From: an uncultured delta proteobacterium
GTDB lineage: Bacteria > Desulfobacterota > Binatia > DP-6
Assembly: GCA_963815115.1 (NCBI GenBank)
Contig: CAWFFN010000005.1
Span: forward strand, 160,001 to 224,000
Direction: 5' to 3'
DNA length: 64,000 nucleotides
Part shown: positions 47,556-58,168 of the stretch, piece by piece
Layout: each line of letters opens with the position of its first letter
Numbering within the stretch: the first letter of the stretch is position 1
Notes under the pieces: model-generated
What the model was told of the DNA's origin: nothing
The model's input: only the letters and a program-made list of their open reading frames with translations
Database searches by the model: none
Program-made: the position numbers and the translations under genes

Positions 47556-49901
47556 ATGGGACGTTTCGAGGTCGATGGTGGACGTGTGAACCTCCGGACC
47601 CTGCTCGATTTCGCCGATGTCGCACGGCGGATCGGTGCGGAGATCGACATCGAGAGATGGCTCACCAGGGCGTCGGTCTCCGGGATCGAGGTGACGCAGG
47701 GCATCCAGTACTTCCGCGCCGACCGTCATCTCACCAACGCCGACGATCGTGGTCCCGACAACTCCGTCCGTCTGGCGGCACAGAAGCCGGCGTGGGTGCG
47801 GGTGTACGTGCGCAGCGGGATCCTCGGCCCCGACCAGGACCTGGCGGGCGACCTGGTCGTCGAGCGCCGCACGGGGATCCTCGACACCCAGTGGACGACG
47901 ATCGCCACCATCGGGCCGCAGCCACCGGGCTTCGTCAGCTCCCAGCGCGAGCCGACCTACGCCACGGAACGCGGCACGATCTGGTGGTCGCTCAACTTCA
48001 TCGTGGGCGCGAGTCTCATGAAGGGCATCCTGCGCTTCACCGCACGCATCTGGCCGCGCAGCGACGGGACGCGCACGCCGATCGACACCTGGCAGGAGAG
48101 CGTCGACGCCTCGATGCTGCAGACGCTCAGCCTGCGCGGCGTGTTCGTCACCTACAGCGGTCCCGATCCGACGAAGAACGCCACCAATCCTCCGACGGTC
48201 AACCTGCCGGCCCCGACGCTGGCCAACCTCCAGGCGACGGCGGCGTGGACGCTCACCACCAACCCCCTCGAGTCGCAGGGAGTGTTCTCGAGCGCGGGGA
48301 ACATGAACTGGTTCGCGCCGCTCACCGGCACCGCGACGGGGCCCGGTGGCTGCTCGGCGGAGTGGCAGTCGTTCACCTACTGGCTGTCGCTGATCAAGAA
48401 CAACGATGGCAACCGCAGCGACGTCATCTATTACGGCCTGCTGCCGGCGGCGACGCCGATCGCGAACGTCAGCGGCTGCGAGCTGTACGGAGTCAGCGCC
48501 GGCACCGACACCGACCAGGTGACCATGGCCCACGAGATCGGGCACGGCGCCGGTCGGGCGCACGGCCCGTGCGGCGTCACCGGGACGACCGTGGACGCGA
48601 ACTATCCAGCATACGAGCCGTACGATCCCGCGAACACCCCGACCGCATCGCTGGGCGAATACGGGCTCGACATCACCAACGGCACGATCCACCCGCCCAC
48701 CGACAAGGACTACATGTCGTATTGCGGGCCGGTATGGATCTCCCTCTACGGTCACGCGCAGCTCTGCAACAATGCCATCTTCAACCCGCGCCGGGTCGGC
48801 CTGCCCACCTGGCGGCCGCCCGACCTCGTCGATCCGTACCTGTGGCCGTGGGAGTACATTCCCGACCCGCCCAACTGGGAGCGCCATCCCGGCGACCTGC
48901 GCGTGAAGGCGGAGGCGCTGATCTCGATTCTCGGGGTCGTCGGCGAGGCGGGCGCCGTCGAGGTGAGGAGCGTCACCCGCGTGCAGGCGTTGCGGCGAAC
49001 CCGGGATGCGGCTCCGACGCCGTACGTCGCACAGCTGATCGGCGCCGAGGACGAGCCGGTGGCCACCGCGGCGGTGGTGCGCCTGCCCGCGCAGGGCGGC
49101 GGCTGCGGATGTCACGGCGATCCGCCGGAACGGGATGGCGGCCCGTTCGTGTTCGAGGCGATGGTGCCGGACGTGGCGCCCGGGACCGAGCTGCGCATCC
49201 TCAAGCGCAGCGAGGAGGACGGGCGCGCCGAGACGATCTGGACGCGCAGCGCTCCGTCGCGCCGCCCCCGCATCGCGCGCTTCGCCGTGACCGCCACGCG
49301 CGGGTCCGGCCATGCGGTGTGGGAGGCGACCGGCGCCCGCGAGTGCTCGCTCGAGTTCTCGCTCCAGTTCTCCAAGGACGCGGGACGCTCGTGGAACGGC
49401 CTCACGGTCGGCCTCACGACCAAGCGCCATCGCTTCCCGCTGACCCACCTGCCGAGCGGCCGGCTGATCTTCCGGCTGCTCGCGCACGACGGCTTCCACA
49501 GCGTGAGCGCGGTGTCCCGACCGGTGGAGATCCCGCGCCGCCCGCCGATCGTCAGCATCCTGAGCCCGCAGCCGGGGCGGCCCTACTACGCCGGCGCGCC
49601 GCTCCGCCTGTGGGGCGCCGTCACCGAGGACGACGGGGCGCTGCCCGATGCGGAGGGGTGCTCGTGGTGCATCGGCGACGAGCCCGTGCTGGAGGGGATC
49701 GACGGGTGGATCGTGGCGCCGGAGCCGGGTGAGCATCGGTGCACGCTCGCCGTGCGGGGTCGCGGTGGTGATGCGGAGGTGGAGGTGGTGTTGCGGACGG
49801 TCGGTGCAGCGGAGGTGGGCCCGGAAGGGCCCGGCCGAGTGTCGAAGCCGAAGGCGTCGGAGCGTTCGGCGATGCGGCGGGGACGCGGGCGTCGTCGCTG
49901 A
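47556..49901 (+). CDS. Metzincin metalloprotease (M66-like) with C-terminal beta-sandwich domains
   Basis: HEIGHGAGRAH (HExxHxxGxxH) and YMSY Met-turn; GGAGG RBS. Confidence 0.8.
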   Translation: MGRFEVDGGRVNLRTLLDFADVARRIGAEIDIERWLTRASVSGIEVTQGIQYFRADRHLTNADDRGPDNSVRLAAQKPAWVRVYVRSGILGPDQDLAGDLVVERRTGILDTQWTTIATIGPQPPGFVSSQREPTYATERGTIWWSLNFIVGASLMKGILRFTARIWPRSDGTRTPIDTWQESVDASMLQTLSLRGVFVTYSGPDPTKNATNPPTVNLPAPTLANLQATAAWTLTTNPLESQGVFSSAGNMNWFAPLTGTATGPGGCSAEWQSFTYWLSLIKNNDGNRSDVIYYGLLPAATPIANVSGCELYGVSAGTDTDQVTMAHEIGHGAGRAHGPCGVTGTTVDANYPAYEPYDPANTPTASLGEYGLDITNGTIHPPTDKDYMSYCGPVWISLYGHAQLCNNAIFNPRRVGLPTWRPPDLVDPYLWPWEYIPDPPNWERHPGDLRVKAEALISILGVVGEAGAVEVRSVTRVQALRRTRDAAPTPYVAQLIGAEDEPVATAAVVRLPAQGGGCGCHGDPPERDGGPFVFEAMVPDVAPGTELRILKRSEEDGRAETIWTRSAPSRRPRIARFAVTATRGSGHAVWEATGARECSLEFSLQFSKDAGRSWNGLTVGLTTKRHRFPLTHLPSGRLIFRLLAHDGFHSVSAVSRPVEIPRRPPIVSILSPQPGRPYYAGAPLRLWGAVTEDDGALPDAEGCSWCIGDEPVLEGIDGWIVAPEPGEHRCTLAVRGRGGDAEVEVVLRTVGAAEVGPEGPGRVSKPKASERSAMRRGRGRRR

Positions 49902-49934
49902 GCGGTGACGTCTGGCGATAGCGCCTGGGCGGTT

Positions 49935-52756
49935 CTACCGACACGGGAGGACTGTCACCCCGCAGCGCCTGAGCGCGTTGGCGAGGTGGCAAACCATTGG
50001 CCGCTTCGGCCGGCGGTGTGCGTTGATAGCACGCCCGATCTTTCGGGCCAGCTTCTTGGCCTTGTGGCGAAGCTTCGGTCGCTGACACTGATCGATGTTG
50101 CAGGTCGAAGGGATCTCCGGGTCGCAGATCCGGCGCAACGTTGTCGTCGTGGAGGTCGAACCGGGGGTCGTTGTCGTAGCGGGTCGTGCAGTGGTCGTCG
50201 TCGGAGGATTCGTCAAGGAGGTGGACGTCGTCGGGGATATCGTGGACGTGCTGGTGGCCGGAGCCGCCGTGCTCGTCGTGGTTGTCGGCGTGGGAACCGT
50301 CTCGGTAGTGGTTGTCGTGCTCGGCAACGCCATGGACGTCGTCGTCGTCGAGGTCGCTGGCAATATCGTGGACGTGGTGGTCGCGGACGTGGGCGTTGTG
50401 AAGGTCGTGGTCGTCGTAAGCTGGGTTGTCGTCGTCGAAGTACTGCCGACGCATGTGTCGCTGCCGTCGTCCTTGTCTCCGTTCCCGTCCTCGCATGCAG
50501 CGCCGGACGGGTCATTGGCGCAACCTTTCGGGTCACAGAAGAACGGATTCAGCGTCCGATACGCATTGGTCCCATGCTTTGTGACCTCGAGGACCATCTG
50601 AGCGTAGCAGTCAAACGGCATCCGGAAGGCCAGCATCGTCGGCGTCACCGCGTCCGGGGCGATGCTGGCGAGGATCGTGTCATCCGTGAGGGACCTGATG
50701 AGGATGCGATTCGGTGGAGGCAAATTGAGATTGGGATCGGGATCGGTCCCTCCATTTCGTGCTTGAACCTCAGGGTTCTCGATCGAGCACGGACATGTTG
50801 GGTTTCCGTCTACTAGTATGCACGGACCAGTCGGACACGTTCCTTCCGGCGAGCACGGCGAAGGCTGGGTGTCCAGGCAGGCATCACGCGTCGGGTTTCC
50901 GTTGATCGCGTCGAAGTTGTCGCCGAAGACGCGCACGATATCGCCCTTCCGTGGTCGGGCGGGCGTGATGTGAGTGATGACGGCCGATCCACTGCGCGGA
51001 CCTTGGAAGGGTTGGTCGTTTTCGGCCAGCGTGATCAGAGAGGAACCGGCGGGCGAGACGTCTTGCTGTCGCACCACGGTGGGATCACAGTCGTTTCCCG
51101 TGCAATGTCCCCACTGATTGCCTTCCGCGGGTAGGGGAGCGAGTCGAGTTGGTCAGCAGGAAGTTGGCTCCCTCGTTCACGTCTCGCTTGTTCGAGGTGA
51201 ATGCGTTCCGGCCGGGCGTCGGTGCGACGCCGTAGCTGACGACTGGCGGATCGTGAAGGGCGTCTAGCGAAGCAGCCTTCGCCTGGCGCGTCTCCGCTCC
51301 GACTCCGGAGCTTTTTGCACTATAGTTGCAGACGAGCGCCACGCCGTGGAAACGCGCCGAGGAAACCCGCTCGTGTCCGCTGTCGTCGACGGGGACTGAT
51401 TCAGTCGTCTCTACCTCGCTGCCCTTGACATCGTTGCTGGCCACGTAGTCGCTCTCGAAGACCGCGTCTGCGTTGTCCCGTACGGACAACCCTCGGCCGC
51501 CCGAGAAGCGAACGACGTTGCCCTTCGTCTCGAGGGTGCTTGTCCGCTGTCCTGGGCATCCTGGGTTATCGTCCTTGCAGGTATCGATGACGGTGAGACC
51601 ATTCTGGCCCTCGCCGCCCATGTTGTGCTGCACGACATTCTCGATCGCGACTACCCGGCCGCCAAGAGTGCTCTGGATGCCGCCCTTGGCGTTGTCATGA
51701 ACGCAGGTCCGTTCGATGGTCACCGAGCCGTTGTTCGCCTTCACTCCCCGATCCTGGGCCTTGGCGATCCGGCTGGTGACGATGACGTTGCAGCTGGCCC
51801 CATCGTCGACGTTCACTGCATCCCCGCAGGTCGGCCCCAAGATGATCGACTGTTCGATCCGGTTGCCGTGTGCTTCAGCTCCCGTGATGGCGACGGTATC
51901 CACTTGTCGGGAAGTCGGGCTGCCATCCGGATGATCGTCATTCTCGCACGGATTCGTGATTGCGCTCCTGCTGCCCTCGAACTGGATTCCGCGAAAGACG
52001 TTGTCGCTACCGGAGATCCTCGAGCAGGGACACTTCGTTCATGACTGACCAGACGACGGCTCCAGTGGCTGCATTCCGGTCCAGACCGTCGACCACGACT
52101 CCCGAGCCTGAAAAGCACACGCCCGCATCGTGGTCGTCCGTGCTGCAAGGCATGCCTGCGAAGACGATCTTTCCAGGAGCATCCGCGCCGGGGAAGGCCT
52201 CGCGAGAGAACGTGACCAGCGCGTGGCCCGACGGGTCATTGGCAGCGGCCTTCAGGGTGCTCAGGAGGCCACCGTCGCTCTCGTCCGACCTCGTGTTCGT
52301 GACGACGTAGGTCCCTGGGTACAACGTCCAAGCGACGGCGTTGGACACCCCGATGGGGTCTCCGGCAACGACGACGCTTCGCTGCGCTTGGTTCTGGGCG
52401 TCTGCACCCGAGAGCTGGACGGAGAGAGGATGAATCCAAGCGCCGGGCCGGAGGTTCGGGATTGAGCCGCAGCTCCCGGATCCGGCTGGGCAGGTCAGCG
52501 GCTCGCTGTAGGTGAGTTCGCCAGCTCCAGCACATGTGGCGGCGTCGGCTACAAGCCGGCCGGTGACGCTGATGTCGATGGGGGCGGAAGTTGGGTTGTC
52601 GGCGAACACCGTGAGCGTCGCTGTACCGGGGCACGGTGGCGGTGCATCGCCAGAAGCAGAGGTCGGCGCTAGGAGCGAGGGGAGTAGCAAGAGCGTTCTC
52701 ACGAGCACAGGGAGACTTCGGACGAACATGCGAAGGACGGTAGGTCGAATGTGCAT
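49935..52756 (-). CDS. Large secreted beta-helix/Thr-linker protein, split by two frameshifts
   Basis: ORFs 52007-52756, 51085-51903 and 49935-51077 join if one base is removed near 52022 and one near 51142. Has a signal peptide, beta-helix-like repeats and a Thr-rich stalk. Confidence 0.72.
50139..50444 (-). repeat. Low-complexity Thr/Ser-rich coding repeat
   Basis: About ten TTTT(S/T)xP-like units. Confidence 0.85.
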
Positions 52757-53092
52757 CGGAGCGTGCGGAAATACCGCATTCGCTCGACACGCGTCAACTT
52801 GTTCGGGGCACCGAGTGCTCGGCGTCTATCTTCACTCCGTAGCCACAAGCTAGCGTGCCAAGGCGTAAGGTAAGATGGCGAGAATAACCCGCCGTTCGGT
52901 CGTGCGATGCCACAGGTGCGGCACGGGTTTGGTCGGATCGATTGGCCCAGATCATTGCACAGGTGCCAGCAGGTGCGGGAAGTAGAGGACCGGAGTATGT
53001 GCTCGTTGCGTAGAACCAGACCGCGCACAACGCTGCGGGCGGGCTCTAGGCGCATTGGGCTTCACCGGCGCAGTTGGTGTAGACACCGCCCC

Positions 53093-54040
53093 ATGCGCTT
53101 CGGCATCCACGCCGGACCCCAGGACTGCACCGTCGACGACCTGCGCCGGCTCTGGAAGATCGCGGACGAGCAGGGATTCCACTGGTGTTCCGTATGGGAC
53201 CACCTCTACTCCGTTTCCGATCTCTCGAACCCCGCGAAGCCCTCCTTCGAGGGGATCGCCACCATGGCGGCGCTGGCCCAGGCCACCCGCACCGTCCGCG
53301 TCGGCTGCCTGGTGTTCTGCGTCGGCTACCGCAACCCGGGGGTGCTGCTGAAGGCGGCCGTCACCATCGACCACCTGAGCGCCGGGCGCTGCGAGCTCGG
53401 GCTCGGCGCGGGCTGGAACGAGAACGAGTTCCGGGCCTTCGGCATGCCGTTCCTCCCCATCAAGGACCGGCTCGATCACCTCGAGGAGACGGTCACGGTG
53501 CTACGACGCCTGCTCGACGGCGAGCGCGTCACGTTCCAGGGGAAGCATCTCGAGCTCGACGACGCGCTGTGCGAGCCGCGGCCGGTGCAGCAGCGCCTGC
53601 GGCTCTGGATCGGTGGCCAGGGCGAGCGCCGCCTGCTCCGCATGGTCGCCCGCCATGCCGACGGGTGGAACGTCCCGTTCCTTTCTCCCGAGTTCTACGC
53701 CATGCGCAACGGCACCCTGAACGACTGGTGCGAGAAGGAGCGCCGCGACCCGCAGTCGATCGTCCGCACCTGTAACGTCGGGCTCGCCATCGGCGAGAAC
53801 GACGCGCGCGCGCGCCAGCAGGAGGACAAGCTCCAGCTCATGTTCGGCGCCCTCACCGACTTCGTGAAGCCGGGACACCTCATCGGGACGCCGGCGCAGG
53901 TTCGCGACCGCGTCGGCGAGTACGCCCGCGCCGGCGCGGAGTGGGTCATCCTGGCGCTGCGGGCGCCGTTCGACTGGGAGGGCCTCGACCTCTTCATTCG
54001 CGACGTCATGCCCGCGTTTCGCCAGGAGGCGTCATGCTGA
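53093..54040 (+). CDS. LLM class (probably F420-dependent) oxidoreductase
   Basis: WDH, YRNP, DHLSAGR.ELGLGAGW and WIGGQGE..ARHADGWN. Confidence 0.92.
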   Translation: MRFGIHAGPQDCTVDDLRRLWKIADEQGFHWCSVWDHLYSVSDLSNPAKPSFEGIATMAALAQATRTVRVGCLVFCVGYRNPGVLLKAAVTIDHLSAGRCELGLGAGWNENEFRAFGMPFLPIKDRLDHLEETVTVLRRLLDGERVTFQGKHLELDDALCEPRPVQQRLRLWIGGQGERRLLRMVARHADGWNVPFLSPEFYAMRNGTLNDWCEKERRDPQSIVRTCNVGLAIGENDARARQQEDKLQLMFGALTDFVKPGHLIGTPAQVRDRVGEYARAGAEWVILALRAPFDWEGLDLFIRDVMPAFRQEASC

Positions 54041-54903
54041 TCTACATCGACGGCGAGCTCCGGTCTCGCGAGACCGCGACCATCTCGGTCTTCGATCACG
54101 GGCTCCTCTACGGCGACGGCGTCTTCGAAGGCATCCGGGTCTACAACCGCCGCATCTTCCGGCTCGACGCGCATCTCGACCGGCTGTACGAGTCGGCGCG
54201 CGCGATCGCCCTCGGGATCCCCCTCGTGCAAGCCGAGATGGCCGAGGCGGTGCGGCGAACGGTGCGCGAGAACCGCAAGGAGGATGGCTACATCCGCCTG
54301 ATCGTCACGCGCGGCGCCGGCGACCTGGGACTCGACCCGCGGAAGTGCGAGCGCCCCACCGTGATCATCATCGTCACCGACATCCAGGTGTATCCCGCGG
54401 CGCTCTACGCGGCGGGCATCAGGGTCGTCACCTCGGCGACCCGGCAGGTGTCGCACGAGGCGGTCGACCCGCGCGTCAAGTCGCTCAACTATCTCAAGAA
54501 CGTGCTCGCCAAGATCGACGCCGTGCAGGCCGGCGCCGAGGAGGCGATCATGCTGAACCAGGACGGCTTCGTCGCCGAGTGCACCGCGGACAACCTGTTC
54601 GTCGTCCGCGGCGGCGCGCTCCTCACGCCGTCGCCGCAGGACGGCGCGCTCGAGGGCATCACGCGCGGCGCCGTCCTCGCGCTCGCCGCCGAGGCGGGCG
54701 TCGAGGCGCGCGAGGGGCGCCTGACGCGCTTCGACCTGCACACCGCGTCGGAGTGCTTCCTCACCGGCACCGGCGCCGAGGTCATGCCGGTGATCGAGGT
54801 GGACGGCCGGCGCATCGGCGACGGCACCCCCGGGGAGCTGACCCGACGCCTGCAGCAGGCCTTCCAGGCGCTGGCGCGCGCCGAGGGCGACCCGCTCTGG
54901 TGA
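54034..54903 (+). CDS. ilvE: Branched-chain amino acid aminotransferase
   Basis: FDHGLLYGDGVFEGIR, KSLNY, LEGITR and FLTGTGAEV. Confidence 0.94.
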   Translation: MLIYIDGELRSRETATISVFDHGLLYGDGVFEGIRVYNRRIFRLDAHLDRLYESARAIALGIPLVQAEMAEAVRRTVRENRKEDGYIRLIVTRGAGDLGLDPRKCERPTVIIIVTDIQVYPAALYAAGIRVVTSATRQVSHEAVDPRVKSLNYLKNVLAKIDAVQAGAEEAIMLNQDGFVAECTADNLFVVRGGALLTPSPQDGALEGITRGAVLALAAEAGVEAREGRLTRFDLHTASECFLTGTGAEVMPVIEVDGRRIGDGTPGELTRRLQQAFQALARAEGDPLW

Positions 54904-54910
54904 TCGCCGG

Positions 54911-55603
54911 CTACTGCCGCGGCGACCAGGACGCGCAGCGCAGCAACTTCGACTCCCAGCGTTCGCGGTAGCGGAGCCCCTCCACCATCCATCCGCCGCG
55001 CTGCGCGCCCTGCTCGCCGCGGGCGAGCAGGGCGGTGAAGCGTGGCCAGTCGAGGATCTTCTGCAGGAGCACCACCTCGTGGTGGCGGCCCGTGCCGGGC
55101 GCGACGCTCCAGCAGGCCTCGACCGAGATCATGCGGGTCTTCAGGATCTGCGGGTAGTAGATCGAGCCCAGCGCTCCGACGTACTCGTCGAGCTTGCCGG
55201 AGTACGGCCAGCCCGTGTCGTGCAGGTAGAGCGCGGGCTGGTCGACCGAGACCGACGCCGGCGGCGCGTCGAGATCGATGTCGCCGAGCGGCGACCACGG
55301 CGCGGGCTCCAGCATCTTCGCCGTCACCTCCCGGCGCACTTCCCAGACGCGCCGCTGCCAGTCGCGGTAGCGCGCGTCGGCCGCCATGCGCTCGCGGAGC
55401 GCGCCCCACGTCGCCCAGTCCCGCACTGCCGTGATGGAGAGGGCCTGATAGCTGGCTCCCGTGCCGTGGGTCAGGTGCCAGAACCAGAGCAGCCGTACCC
55501 CGCCGTGCTCTTCGACGAGTGGCCGCCAGAGTGTTCGCACCGCCTCCTCGAACTCCTCCATCTTGCCGCCGGCGACCTCGTGGGTCTCGTGGACGAAGAG
55601 CAT
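54911..55603 (-). CDS. Two-domain NIPSNAP-like protein
   Basis: Duplicated LF(V/L)H(E/D)T..G..E(F/Y)..W pattern ending W.SKLL...WSP. Confidence 0.75.
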   Translation of the reverse strand: MLFVHETHEVAGGKMEEFEEAVRTLWRPLVEEHGGVRLLWFWHLTHGTGASYQALSITAVRDWATWGALRERMAADARYRDWQRRVWEVRREVTAKMLEPAPWSPLGDIDLDAPPASVSVDQPALYLHDTGWPYSGKLDEYVGALGSIYYPQILKTRMISVEACWSVAPGTGRHHEVVLLQKILDWPRFTALLARGEQGAQRGGWMVEGLRYRERWESKLLRCASWSPRQ

Positions 55604-55706
55604 CCCGCGCGCATAGCGAGAGTCGGCGCTTCGGCGCAAGGGGGAACCGCGGGTTCGTCCACGGATTGCACCGCCACCGCCCGCAGGGTAGCGGCGAAGC
55701 GGTCAG

Positions 55707-58112
55707 ATGCCCCTCGACGAGTACCATCGCAAGCGCGACTTCCGTCGGACGCCCGAGCCAGCCGGGTCGGTCGCCGCCGCACCGGGTGGTCGTTTCGTGA
55801 TTCAGCGCCATGCCGCTCGACGCCTCCACTACGACTTCCGGCTGGAGATGGACGGCGTGCTCAAGAGCTGGGCCGTGCCGAGAGGCCCGAGCCTGGATCC
55901 CGTCGAGAAGCGCCTCGCCGTGCACGTCGAGGACCATCCCCTCGACTACGCCACCTTCGAGGGGGTGATCCCGGCGGGGGAGTACGGAGCGGGCGACGTG
56001 CTGCTGTGGGATCATGGCCAGTGGACGCCCGTGGGCGACGCGGAGGACGGCTACCGTCGCGGCAAGCTCAAGTTCGTGCTGGCGGGCCAGAAGCTGCGCG
56101 GTGGCTGGACGCTGGCGCGGATGGGAGGCCGGGCGTCGGAGGGCGGCAAGAACTGGCTGCTGCTGAAGGAGCGCGACGCGGAGGCGCGCTCCGCGACCGA
56201 CGGCGACATCCTCGCCGAGCGACCGGAGAGCGTCGCCGCGGTGGCCTTCGAACCGCTGCCGGCCCGTCTCGCGCCGCAGCTCGCGATCCTGGCCGAGGAG
56301 GCGCCCGGCGGCGACGGCTGGCTGCACGAGATCAAGTACGACGGCTACCGCGCCCTCTGCCGGATCGAGGAGGGGCGGGCACGGCTCTTCACGCGCAGCG
56401 GCCAGGACTGGAGCGAGCGCTTCGGGCCGGTGGCGCGGGCGTGCGCCCGCCTGCCCGTCCAGTCGGCGTGGCTCGACGGCGAGGTCGTCGTCCTCGACGC
56501 CGACGGGCGCACCAGCTTCGAGGGTCTCCAGCAGGCGCTCGGCTCTCCGGCGGCCGCTGGCGACCTGCGCTACGTCGTCTTCGATCTCCTGCACCTCGAC
56601 GGCGCGGACCTGCGCGCCCAGCCGCTGGAGCAGCGCAAGCAGCGCCTCGCGGCGCTGGTCCGGCGCGTCGCGGACGACACCGTCCGCTACGGTGACCACG
56701 TCGTGGGACGCGGCGAGGCGTTCCTGGATCAGGCGCGCACTTACGGCCTCGAGGGCATCGTGTCGAAGCGGCGCGCCGCGCCCCACCGCGACGGCCGCCA
56801 TGCCGACTGGCGCAAGATCCGCTGCCACGAGCGGGGCGAGTTCGTGGTGGGCGGCTTCACCGATCCCGCGGGCTCGCGTGCCGGCTTCGGCGCCCTGCTG
56901 CTGGGCGTGAACGAGGGCCCGGGACCCATCACGTTCGTCGGGCGGGTCGGGACCGGGTTCTCGGACGCCCGGCTCGGCGACCTCCACCGCCGCCTGGCCG
57001 CGCTCGAGGATGCGACCACGCCCTTCGTGCCCTTCCCGGACGTCCCCCCGGGGACGCACTGGGTGCGCCCCGAGCTGGTTGCCGAGGTCACCTTCACCAA
57101 CTGGACGCGTGACGGGCGGCTGCGCCATCCCGTGTTCGTCGGCCTGCGCGACGACAAGCCCGCGAGCGAGGTCGTCCGGGAGCGGCCGCGCGCGATTCCG
57201 GCGCCGCGACGCGCCGACGAGACGGTCGAGCTGGAAGGCGTGCGTCTCTCGCACCCGGATCGCGCGCTGTGGCCCGAGGTGGGCGTCACGAAGCTCGAGC
57301 TGGCACGCTACTACGTCGCCGTCGCGGGCTGGATCCTGCCCCACGTCGCCGGGCGTCCGCTCGCCGTCGTGCGCGGGCCGCGTGGCCACGCGGGCACGAC
57401 CTTCTTCCAGAAGCACCTCGCCGCCGGGATGCCGGAGGCGATCCGCAGCGTCCGGCTGGAGGACGAGGAGGGCGTGAAGGACCACCTGGTGATCGACTCC
57501 GCCGCCGGCCTGGTCGCGCTCGTGCAGCTCGACGTGCTCGAGATCCATGCCTGGGGGGCGCGTGCGGATCGCGTGGAGCGGCCCGATCGCCTGGTGCTCG
57601 ATCTCGATCCCGACGAGTCGCTGCCATGGGACGCCGTCGTGGGCGCGGCGCGCGCCGTCCGGCTGCGCCTCGACCACCTCGGGCTCGCGAGCTTCGTGAA
57701 GACGACCGGCGGCAAGGGCCTGCACGTGGTGGTGCCGCTGGCCCGCCGGCACGGCTGGGTCGAGATGAAGGCGTTCGCGCGCGCGGTCTCGAACGACCTC
57801 GCGCGGCGGCTTCCCGACGCGTTCACCGTGAGCTCGGCCAAGGCCGCGCGCCGCGGGAAGATCTACCTCGACTACCTGCGCAACGGCCGCGGCGCCACGG
57901 CGGTGGCGGCGTACTCGGCGCGGGGACGACCCGGCGCGCCCGTGTCGGTGCCCCTGTCGTGGCGCGAGCTCGGCGGACCGCGCGGCGAGCTGACCGTGCG
58001 CACGGTGCCGGAGCGGCTGGCCAGGCTGCGCGCCGACCCGTGGGCCGGCATGGCCACCACGAACCAGTCGATCACGAGTGCGATGCGGACCGCCCTGCGG
58101 CTGCCCAGCTGA
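55707..58112 (+). CDS. ligD: NHEJ DNA ligase D (phosphoesterase-ligase-polymerase)
   Basis: HYDFRLE (PE), EIKYDGYR and EGIVSK (LIG), DLDP and TTGGKGLH (POL). Confidence 0.96.
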   Translation: MPLDEYHRKRDFRRTPEPAGSVAAAPGGRFVIQRHAARRLHYDFRLEMDGVLKSWAVPRGPSLDPVEKRLAVHVEDHPLDYATFEGVIPAGEYGAGDVLLWDHGQWTPVGDAEDGYRRGKLKFVLAGQKLRGGWTLARMGGRASEGGKNWLLLKERDAEARSATDGDILAERPESVAAVAFEPLPARLAPQLAILAEEAPGGDGWLHEIKYDGYRALCRIEEGRARLFTRSGQDWSERFGPVARACARLPVQSAWLDGEVVVLDADGRTSFEGLQQALGSPAAAGDLRYVVFDLLHLDGADLRAQPLEQRKQRLAALVRRVADDTVRYGDHVVGRGEAFLDQARTYGLEGIVSKRRAAPHRDGRHADWRKIRCHERGEFVVGGFTDPAGSRAGFGALLLGVNEGPGPITFVGRVGTGFSDARLGDLHRRLAALEDATTPFVPFPDVPPGTHWVRPELVAEVTFTNWTRDGRLRHPVFVGLRDDKPASEVVRERPRAIPAPRRADETVELEGVRLSHPDRALWPEVGVTKLELARYYVAVAGWILPHVAGRPLAVVRGPRGHAGTTFFQKHLAAGMPEAIRSVRLEDEEGVKDHLVIDSAAGLVALVQLDVLEIHAWGARADRVERPDRLVLDLDPDESLPWDAVVGAARAVRLRLDHLGLASFVKTTGGKGLHVVVPLARRHGWVEMKAFARAVSNDLARRLPDAFTVSSAKAARRGKIYLDYLRNGRGATAVAAYSARGRPGAPVSVPLSWRELGGPRGELTVRTVPERLARLRADPWAGMATTNQSITSAMRTALRLPS

Positions 58113-58168
58113 AGCCGCCCGGAGCAGGCTCTTGCGTCCCGCTGTCTGCTTGTCTAGCAAGTGGTAGC

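Noticed and set aside
50139-50444. GTCGTCGTG-type periodicity as a possible CRISPR or tandem array (also 62868-63020)
   Set aside because: These are Thr codon runs inside CDSs. There is no constant repeat with unique spacers and no cas gene.
52845-52862. TTGGCACG on the minus strand as a sigma54 promoter
   Set aside because: The -12 TTGC element is not at the required spacing.
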